Shown here in pieces: positions 8,571 through 15,844 of a DNA stretch of 58,897 nucleotides. The translations under genes and the position numbers were made by a program. Position 1 is the first letter of the stretch. Each line of letters opens with the position of its first letter. The stretch lies in contig JBKHAC010000004.1 in NCBI GenBank assembly GCA_046543095.1, positions 1 through 58,897 of the forward strand, in the 5' to 3' direction. Below the pieces are notes generated by a model. That model did not search any database. It was not told the origin of the DNA and was given only the letters and a program-made list of their open reading frames with translations. Source of the DNA: Candidatus Woesearchaeota archaeon (GTDB taxonomy: Archaea; Nanobdellota; Nanobdellia; Woesearchaeales; 21-14-0-10-32-9).

Positions 8571-8766
8571 TTTTTTTATTTTTTAGTTTGTGATAAACTG
8601 TTTTAATAATGCTGTAGTCACATATGCTTGAAGAATAATATATTCAATTGAGTGTATACTTATAAGTGTTTTAGTGGTGTGGCTCACTTAGGCATCATCG
8701 ACTTTTTATGCAATTAACTATTTTAAAATAGTATATTTTAAAAAAGTCATAGTTATTCTTTCGTGA

Positions 8767-9057
8767 ATGGTTTATGAATATGATGTTAAGATTTCTTTTT
8801 TAGAAGATAAAATTATTAATTTGTATTCTTATATTGAAGCAATTGGTTTTAAAAATACTTCTTTTGCGAATAATTATAGTGCTGCTTTTGATCTTATTGC
8901 TGAGGAGAAGAGATATGATTATTCTCGTTTAGTTAAGATTTATGAACATAAAGGTTATGTTCCAAAGCGCGTTAAAGATAAGTATTGGCACTCATCTCCT
9001 TGTGGTAAGCTTCAAGTATTTGCTATTAATTTAAGGCCTGTTTTGAGTAAATTTTAG
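8767..9057 (+). CDS. Hypothetical protein
   Basis: 96-aa ORF with no motif. Coding status rests only on length and position. Confidence 0.4.
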   Translation: MVYEYDVKISFLEDKIINLYSYIEAIGFKNTSFANNYSAAFDLIAEEKRYDYSRLVKIYEHKGYVPKRVKDKYWHSSPCGKLQVFAINLRPVLSKF

Positions 9058-9067
9058 CAGTTATTGT

Positions 9068-9164
9068 TTAAATTACGAGCGAGAGAATCATTGCTTTTAG
9101 CGTTAGCTAAAAAATTACAACGATTAACCCTTTAGGGCAGGTAGGTGTTCTCTAACTTTTTCAA
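9068..9164 (-). repeat. Dispersed intergenic repeat, family 1, copy B (inverted orientation)
   Basis: The reverse complement aligns with copy A along its length, including the TTTTAGC-TAAC-GCTAAAA hairpin and the GCTCGTAATTTAA end. Lies between convergent genes. Confidence 0.7.
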
Positions 9165-9209
9165 TTGAAGGTTAACATTTTAGGGGCTGGGACTTGCCTT
9201 TTAATTTTT

Positions 9210-10556
9210 TCAAATTATATTCAGAGTCAATTTTGCTATTATGAAGTATATTATGAGTCCGAATGCATCTACTATTGTTGTAATTAATGGTGAGCTTGCA
9301 ACTGCGGGGTCTATTTTTAGTTTTGAGAGTATGAATGGGAGTAGAGCACCTATTATGTTTGCGAATAATATTATCACCATCATTGAAAGTCCCACTATTA
9401 TTCCTATTTCATAGCCTACTCTAAATATTCCTATTGTTAGTGCTAGTATTCCTAGAGTTATGCCTATTAAAAGTCCCATTAGTATTTCTTTTATGAATAC
9501 TTTGAACCATTCGTTCATTTTTACATCCTCTGTTGCAAGGGCTCTTATCATAAGTGTTGCTGATTGTGAGCCTATGTTTCCTCCGCTTCCTATTAGGAGT
9601 GGTATGAAAAATGCGAGTGCTATTGCTGCGTTTAGTGTTTCTTCAAAGAATGCGATTACGCCTGATGATATTAAGCTTACAAATACTAGGAGGCTTAGCC
9701 AGATTATTCTTTTTTTGTATAATGTGAATATACTGACATTTTTGTAGCTTGTTTTTAGTGGTTCTACGGATGCTATTTTTTGTATATCTTCTGTAATTTC
9801 TTCTTCTGCTATATCAATTATGTCGTCTGCTGTGACTGCTCCTATTATTATTCCTTCTGAGTCAACTACTGGTATTGCTAGCACGTCATATTTTTTGAGT
9901 ATGTCTACTGCTTTTTCTTGGTCGTCGTATGCGCTTAAGCTAATTGGGTTGTATGTCATTAAGTCTTGTATTTTTTTATCTCGTTTTGCGATGACTATTT
10001 GTCTGAGTTTTATGCTGTCGAGTAATTTTTTGTTTTTATCTATTACATATACTCTGTTTAGTGTTTCTGTGTCTGTTCCTTTTTGTCTTATTCTATCAAG
10101 TGCTTCCTCTATTGTCATATCTTTGTAGACAGTTACATAATTTGAAGTTATTAATCGCCCAACACTCTCCTCAGGGTATCCGAGTAGATATCTTGTCTCT
10201 TTTAGATCTTCAGGAGTTAGTAGTTTGAATAGTTTCCGCGTGATTACTCCCGGTAGTTCTTCAAATAATGTTATTCTATCATCGGAGTCTAGTCCTGATA
10301 GTATGTGTTGTGTTTCTTGTTTTGTGAATGCTTTAAGTAAGGTTTCTTGATATTCTGGTTCGAGGTATGAGAATACATCCGTTGATTTATTTCTTTGGAG
10401 TGTTCTAAATACGAGTACTATTTGTGGTTCATCTATTTCATTCATAAGTTCTGCTATGTCTTGTACTTTCCAATCTACTAGTGCGTCTTTTACTTTTTTC
10501 CATTGTTTGTTTTCTATAAACTCTAGAACTTGTTCTTTGTTGTAGTATATTGTCAT
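9210..10556 (-). CDS. mgtE: Magnesium transporter MgtE
   Basis: MgtE N-domain, tandem CBS region and C-terminal 5-TM domain with the GSGGNIGSQS motif. Confidence 0.9.
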   Translation of the reverse strand: MTIYYNKEQVLEFIENKQWKKVKDALVDWKVQDIAELMNEIDEPQIVLVFRTLQRNKSTDVFSYLEPEYQETLLKAFTKQETQHILSGLDSDDRITLFEELPGVITRKLFKLLTPEDLKETRYLLGYPEESVGRLITSNYVTVYKDMTIEEALDRIRQKGTDTETLNRVYVIDKNKKLLDSIKLRQIVIAKRDKKIQDLMTYNPISLSAYDDQEKAVDILKKYDVLAIPVVDSEGIIIGAVTADDIIDIAEEEITEDIQKIASVEPLKTSYKNVSIFTLYKKRIIWLSLLVFVSLISSGVIAFFEETLNAAIALAFFIPLLIGSGGNIGSQSATLMIRALATEDVKMNEWFKVFIKEILMGLLIGITLGILALTIGIFRVGYEIGIIVGLSMMVIILFANIIGALLPFILSKLKIDPAVASSPLITTIVDAFGLIIYFIIAKLTLNII

Positions 10557-10602
10557 TTTGTTATGGGTGATTTTTGTTTATTATTATGTCTTTCTTATTA
10601 AC

Positions 10603-11592
10603 TCATTGTGAGAATTTTCTTGCTTGATTTATTATATAATCTTTCAGGCATGTGTGTCCTGAGAATTCTTGTATTTTTTGTTTTATTGTGCCATATTCTG
10701 TATCTTTTAGTTTGTTTGCTTGTTCTGCAAAAGGTATTATTATATCTTTATATTGTGCTATATTTTTTGCTATGTTTCTTTTTTCATCCCTGTATGCTCT
10801 AACAATAGTTGCATCTATTTTCTGTTTGTCTGCATAATGCATCAACAAGTGATTTCCTCTTTGACCTTTTTGTAATGGTTCAAAAATTGCATCAAAGTCA
10901 AATAAAACAGTTTTATATTGATTATCGACTATTCTGTTTCTCTCTGCTACCACGTCTTCATAAAGCCCCAAGAATTCTGATCTCGCTGCAGCACGTCCCA
11001 GTCCATCCCTATATTCAGGGAGTTCTAATAATAATTCATCATATTCTTCAAGTAAATTATTTCCTTTTATTTCTTGTTCAACAAATATTTTTTCATTATA
11101 TGCGAAATTTATTCGCGTATCATTTTGTATTAAATTATATAATGCTAATCCTATAAGCCTATTTGTGTCTGGTTTTTTTACATATGTTGATCGAGTTATT
11201 AAAGCATCATGTATAAAATTTATTTTTATAGGCATTGTAGCTCCGCTAAGCATAAGTTTTCGTTCTATTTTTGTTTCTTTTGGAATATCTTCGAAATATT
11301 GAGTTTGCATATATTTTATTATTTTTTGTACTTCTTGATCATTTTTAGAAATTAATAATTCTTCTGTATTAACTTTTGAAACGTCATGCGTATATCTTAA
11401 TATTTTCTCTGTGAGATTTACTATGCCTCGTCCCAGCACCCCATTATAACTAAGCTCCACACAATCTTTTCTTGATGAAGAAAATGGTTTGAAGTACACA
11501 CCTAAACCTGCTGAACTTAATATGTTTTTTAATTTCGAAGGCATAGTTATATCTTGTTTATTCGCAGCATATTTTTCAAAATACATATCCAT
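10603..11592 (-). CDS. Hypothetical protein, probably co-transcribed with mgtE
   Basis: 329-aa ORF ending 46 nt upstream of mgtE on the same strand. No confident motif. Confidence 0.55.
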   Translation of the reverse strand: MDMYFEKYAANKQDITMPSKLKNILSSAGLGVYFKPFSSSRKDCVELSYNGVLGRGIVNLTEKILRYTHDVSKVNTEELLISKNDQEVQKIIKYMQTQYFEDIPKETKIERKLMLSGATMPIKINFIHDALITRSTYVKKPDTNRLIGLALYNLIQNDTRINFAYNEKIFVEQEIKGNNLLEEYDELLLELPEYRDGLGRAAARSEFLGLYEDVVAERNRIVDNQYKTVLFDFDAIFEPLQKGQRGNHLLMHYADKQKIDATIVRAYRDEKRNIAKNIAQYKDIIIPFAEQANKLKDTEYGTIKQKIQEFSGHTCLKDYIINQARKFSQ

Positions 11593-11756
11593 GAATTTAT
11601 GTTATCTTAAACATTTATAAATGTTTCGGTTTTTGTTACTATTTAGTGAAAACTAATTGTTTTTTTTTTGATTTGTATTAACAGTTTATCAAAATAAAGT
11701 AGATTTATGCGTCAATTCAACAAATTATTTAAACAATAGCATCTCACTTGTAATTT

Positions 11757-12206
11757 ATGAAGCAAGCATTCATTTTTCTTGGCGTGATTTTAATTGTAAG
11801 TTTTGTCATAGTTATGAATTCCACTACTGCTTGTATCCTCTGCACTAATAAGAATGTAGAGCCCGATACTAGATCAGATATCAAGCCCATAATTAGAAGT
11901 GCCAGTACGTCAGAGTTTAATTCTATGTTAAATTCTAAAGATGTTGTTTTAATTGATATCAGAACACCTGATGAATTTAATTCAGGACACATTAATGGTG
12001 CAATGAATCTTGATTTTTATTCTTCTACTTTCAAAGAAGAATTAGATTTACTTGATAAATCTAAAACTTATCTTATTTATTGTAGGACAGGTTCTAGGAC
12101 TGGTCAGACTTTGAATATTATGAAGAATCTTGGATTTAGTGAAGTTTATGATCTTAGTGGTGGAATTGTTGCTTGGCAAAGTAATAATTTTCCTTTAGTC
12201 ACATAA
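11757..12206 (+). CDS. Rhodanese-domain sulfurtransferase with N-terminal signal/anchor
   Basis: Active-site loop YCRTGSRTG; rhodanese-like DIRTPDEFNSGHINGAMN; hydrophobic N-terminus. Confidence 0.75.
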   Translation: MKQAFIFLGVILIVSFVIVMNSTTACILCTNKNVEPDTRSDIKPIIRSASTSEFNSMLNSKDVVLIDIRTPDEFNSGHINGAMNLDFYSSTFKEELDLLDKSKTYLIYCRTGSRTGQTLNIMKNLGFSEVYDLSGGIVAWQSNNFPLVT

Positions 12207-12341
12207 TCTAATAATTTATGTTTGAAATATACATTTATATTTTTTCTAGAACTGATTTATTCATTAAGCTAGCAATTAAACTTTGAATCAAAGAATTTTT
12301 TTATTAATTATTAATTAAATTAAAAAAAAGGTTTGAAGACT

Positions 12342-12623
12342 TTATATGATGTCTTCTTCTGCAACTACCATGAAATCACCAATAGCGATTACTGCTGAGA
12401 ATGGGATTAGTGCGTCGCCTTCTTTGTTTTTTTCAAGTTCTAGTTTTTTTGCGTATGGTGTTGGATTTATTAGTACTATGTGTATTAATTCTCCTGAGCT
12501 TGTTTCAAATACTAGATCTCCGACTTCTCCAAATCTTTTACCTGTTTTTGATACTACTGTTTTTCCTATTAGTTGCTTTGAATATTTTTTTTCATCATCA
12601 GCCATTATAACACCCTCATTCAT
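12342..12623 (-). CDS. PRC-barrel domain protein
   Basis: LIGKTVVSKTGKRFGEVGDLVFETSSGELIHIVL is typical of PRC-barrel proteins. The start may be the internal MADDEKK. Confidence 0.6.
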   Translation of the reverse strand: MNEGVIMADDEKKYSKQLIGKTVVSKTGKRFGEVGDLVFETSSGELIHIVLINPTPYAKKLELEKNKEGDALIPFSAVIAIGDFMVVAEEDII

Positions 12624-12722
12624 ATAAGTATAATACTCTCTTAGAGTTGTTATTAATATTTAAAGGTTTTGTTTTTAGAGAGGTTTTGTGTTGTTTTTTG
12701 ACTTTTTTTGTTCTTTTTTTGT

Positions 12723-13535
12723 TTATTTCAGTATTTCTTTGATTTTTTTTACAATTAGTGTTATTGCGAATATTGCAAATGTTGTAAGTATTATTGTTCC
12801 TGATGTTGCAGCATCTATGTAATATGATAGTATTATTCCTGTAATTACTGAGATTGTGCTTATTATCATTGATAGCATTAGTGTTTGTTTGAAGCTTTTT
12901 GCTATTTTTGTCGCGGTGACTGGTGGTATGATTAATAGTGCTGATATTAAAAGCAAGCCTGTGATTCTCATAGATAGTGCGATTACTATCGCTGTGAGCA
13001 TCATTAGTGCGATGTTTAGTGTTTTTGTTTTTATTCCTGCAATTCTTGCGGCATCCTCATCGAATGTCATTGCTAGTAGTGCTTTGTAATTTATTGTAAC
13101 AAATAGTATTGTTGTTATTGCAAGGATTATTGCTGTTATTGTTTCTGTTTTTGTGATTGCGAGTATGCTTCCAAATAAGTAGCTCATAATATCTACATTT
13201 ACGCCTTGCGTGATGCTTATTATGAATATTCCAAGGCCTAGGCTTGTTTGGCTCAGTATCCCTATTGCGGCATCTCCGTGTATTTTTGCTTTTTCGACGA
13301 GTTTTAGTATTCCAAATGCGCCTAGTGCTGAGAATATTGCGGCTGCGAGTACTGGTTTTATTCCGAATATGAGTCCTGCTGCGACTCCGCCGAATGATAG
13401 GTGTGCTAGGCCATCTCCTATTAGTGCGTATCGTCTAAGTACGAGGAATACGCCGAGTAGTCCGCATATCATTGCAATTAGTGTGCCTGTAATTAGGGCA
13501 TTTTGCATGAATTCGTATTGTAGTAGTTCTATCAT
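12723..13535 (-). CDS. znuB: Zinc/manganese ABC transporter permease (ABC-3 family)
   Basis: 270-aa polytopic membrane protein directly downstream of the ATPase (the znuC stop codon ends one base before the znuB start). Confidence 0.85.
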   Translation of the reverse strand: MIELLQYEFMQNALITGTLIAMICGLLGVFLVLRRYALIGDGLAHLSFGGVAAGLIFGIKPVLAAAIFSALGAFGILKLVEKAKIHGDAAIGILSQTSLGLGIFIISITQGVNVDIMSYLFGSILAITKTETITAIILAITTILFVTINYKALLAMTFDEDAARIAGIKTKTLNIALMMLTAIVIALSMRITGLLLISALLIIPPVTATKIAKSFKQTLMLSMIISTISVITGIILSYYIDAATSGTIILTTFAIFAITLIVKKIKEILK

Positions 13536-13536
13536 T

Positions 13537-14256
13537 TTAATGTTCGTGGTTTATTAGGTGATATTTTTCTAGTGTTTGTCCTTCTTCGTGTGCGCAGAAT
13601 TCTTTGTGTGTTCCGTGGAAATGTAATGTTTTGTTTATGCATGCGACTTTGTTTACGTATTTCGTGATTATTCCTGTGTCGTGCGATACTAGTATTATTG
13701 TTATTCCTTTTTTGTTTAGTTTGTTTAATAATTCGTAGAAGTTGTCTTTACTCTCTTTGTCTATTCCTGTTGTTGGTTCGTCTAGTATTAGGAGTTCAGG
13801 TTTTTTGAGTAGTGCGCGTGCAATAAAAACGCGTTGTTGCTCGCCTCCTGAGAGTTCTCCTATTTTTTGTTTTGTGTATTGTTGCATTTTTACTATTTTG
13901 AGGACTTCTTGTATTTGTTGATTTGTTATTTTTTTTGTTGTAGCAGTTGATATTATTTCATCTACTGTTGCTGGAAATGTTTGGTCTATATTTGTTGCTT
14001 TTTGTGATACGTATCCTATTTTTTGCCATTCTTTAAATTGTGTTATGTCGCGTCCTAGAATTGTTATTTTTCCTTTTTGTGTTTTGTTTAATCCAAGTAT
14101 TGTTCTTAGAAGTGTTGTTTTTCCTGAGCCGTTTGGTCCTATAAGTCCGAGGAAGTCGCCTCTTTTAACTTCGAAGTTTATATTTTGAAGTACTATTGTC
14201 TCGCCGTAGTTAAAGTTTAGGTTTTTTACTTCTATTAGGTTTTCTTGTTTTCTCAT
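13537..14256 (-). CDS. znuC: Zinc/manganese ABC transporter ATP-binding protein
   Basis: Walker A GPNGSGKTT, signature LSGGEQQR, Walker B LLILDEPT. Confidence 0.9.
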   Translation of the reverse strand: MRKQENLIEVKNLNFNYGETIVLQNINFEVKRGDFLGLIGPNGSGKTTLLRTILGLNKTQKGKITILGRDITQFKEWQKIGYVSQKATNIDQTFPATVDEIISTATTKKITNQQIQEVLKIVKMQQYTKQKIGELSGGEQQRVFIARALLKKPELLILDEPTTGIDKESKDNFYELLNKLNKKGITIILVSHDTGIITKYVNKVACINKTLHFHGTHKEFCAHEEGQTLEKYHLINHEH

Positions 14257-14363
14257 TTTATTTTTTTGTTAGTTTTTTAATGAAGTGTTATCTTTTGTGT
14301 ATTAAATGTTTTTCTATATGAGTGAAAAAATTGAATAAAAAGATAAAAAAAGTATTTTTTGTT

Positions 14364-15647
14364 TTAATTGCATCGAAGTCCTATTTTAAGGTTTTCAAGA
14401 TTTTCATTCATTATTTCTATGAATGTTTTTTGTCCGAAATCTCTTGCGGGGATGTTTTCTGCAGGTGTTAGCATTAGTGTTTCTGCTCCGATTTCGTTCG
14501 CGATTGCATTTGATACTCTTGGACTTGCAAGTTCTTCGAAGAATACGTGTCTAATATTATGTTCTCTTGCTTCATTTATTATGTTTGCAATTGTTCTTGG
14601 GCTTGGTTCTTGTTCTGCGCTAAGTCCTCTTATTGGTATTTGTTTTAAGTCATATTTTTGTGCGATGTATCTAAATGAGTCATGGTTTGTTATGAATTCT
14701 CTAATTTCACATGTTTTTAATGCTTGTTTGTAGTTTTGATCTAACTCTCTTAGTTTCGCGATGTATGCGTCTGCATTTTGTCTGTATTCCTCTGCATTTT
14801 CTGGTTTCATGTTTGAGAGTTTCAAGGCTATCGCATTCACTATTTCTATGCTGTTTTCAAAATTGAGCCATACGTGTGGGTCGTATTCTGAGTCGTGTGC
14901 GTGATCATCTTCATCATCATGGCCATGTTCTAAGTAGCCATGTATTAAACCTTCTGTCTCTTCTAATGCGTTCTCAGCAGTTATATCTCCATCGCCTCTT
15001 TCATGAATAATATGATCTATTTTTTCTATTAAGTAGTCTAATTCGTGTTCGTGTTCTTCATCATGTTCTTCATCATGTTCTTCATCATGTTCTTCATTAT
15101 GTTCTTCATTATGTTCTTCATCAGGTTCATCTTCATGTCCATGTTCTAAGTAGCCGAGTATTAAACCTTCTATTGCATCAATTGCATCTTCTGCTGTAAT
15201 AACTCCCTCTTCCCATTCATGAATCATATAATCTATTTCATCTATTAGATTTTCTAGTTCTTCATCGTGTTCATGGTCGTGGCTGTGTCCATGTTCTGTT
15301 TTGATTAGTTGTGTGTGTTTTGTTGCTTGAATAGTGTTATCTTTGTGTTTTCCGTCTAATTTTAGAACTGAATCAAGCCATGGCTCCATTTCCTCTCCTG
15401 TGAATATTATGAGGTCTGCTTGATCTAATTTTATTAAATCGCTAGGTCTCAAATCATAATGGTGTACATCAACTCCTGGCAGGATTAGCATTTGTACATC
15501 TTCTTGTGGCGCGATTTCTCGTGCGAATTCATACAGCGGGAATGTTGATGCAAGTATTGTTAATTGTTCTTCATCTCTTTGTGTTTGTGTGCATCCTGCA
15601 AGTACTGCCAGTGCAAGTATTGTTATCGTTAGAATTATTTTTTTCAT
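14364..15647 (-). CDS. znuA: Metal (Zn/Mn) ABC transporter substrate-binding lipoprotein with enlarged His/Asp/Glu-rich insert
   Basis: Lipobox LAGC. ZnuA/TroA-like N and C lobes (DADLIIFTG.., DPHVWL, FITNHDSFRY). Central insert rich in H/D/E. Confidence 0.85.
   Translation of the reverse strand: MKKIILTITILALAVLAGCTQTQRDEEQLTILASTFPLYEFAREIAPQEDVQMLILPGVDVHHYDLRPSDLIKLDQADLIIFTGEEMEPWLDSVLKLDGKHKDNTIQATKHTQLIKTEHGHSHDHEHDEELENLIDEIDYMIHEWEEGVITAEDAIDAIEGLILGYLEHGHEDEPDEEHNEEHNEEHDEEHDEEHDEEHEHELDYLIEKIDHIIHERGDGDITAENALEETEGLIHGYLEHGHDDEDDHAHDSEYDPHVWLNFENSIEIVNAIALKLSNMKPENAEEYRQNADAYIAKLRELDQNYKQALKTCEIREFITNHDSFRYIAQKYDLKQIPIRGLSAEQEPSPRTIANIINEAREHNIRHVFFEELASPRVSNAIANEIGAETLMLTPAENIPARDFGQKTFIEIMNENLENLKIGLRCN
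15053..15124. repeat. Six tandem 12-bp units inside znuA
   Basis: GTTCTTCATCAT x3, GTTCTTCATTAT x2 and GTTCTTCATCAG x1, encoding (D/N)EEH tetrapeptide repeats on the - strand. Confidence 0.85.
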
Positions 15648-15717
15648 TTTTTTAAATCTCCTAATTTGTTTTTTTAGCTTGTTTTTATTTTTAGAAATAT
15701 TTTTTTATTTAAATACC

Positions 15718-15740
15718 TTATTGATTGCCATTATCAATAA
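15718..15740. promoter_or_regulatory. 8-7-8 inverted repeat, candidate operator in the znuA / GH57 divergent intergenic region
   Basis: TTATTGAT-TGCCATT-ATCAATAA is a perfect 8-bp inverted repeat, about 70-90 nt upstream of the znuA start. Confidence 0.3.
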
Positions 15741-15844
15741 TAATCATATTTGCTTATTTAACTAAGCGTGCGAATAATTTTTCCTATTTAGTAGTTAAAT
15801 CAGATAATTTTTATAAACTCTTATTCATTACCTATTAAAATAAA

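Noticed and set aside
10603-11592. Possible atypical kinase-like catalytic segment (ERNRIVDN..LFDFDAIF, resembling DRHxxN..DFG) in the 329-aa hypothetical protein.
   Set aside because: The spacing between the putative catalytic Asn and the DFD is shorter than in known kinase folds, and no glycine loop or VAIK-type lysine could be placed. It is too speculative without a profile search.
11601-11610. The 10-mer GTTATCTTAA plus GTTTTTGTTACT is shared by the upstream regions of the 10603-11592 gene and the ThyX-like gene (33801-33810, 33844-33855).
   Set aside because: The spacing between the two blocks differs (28 versus 43 nt), and both strings are T-rich and short. Chance similarity cannot be excluded without genome-wide motif statistics.
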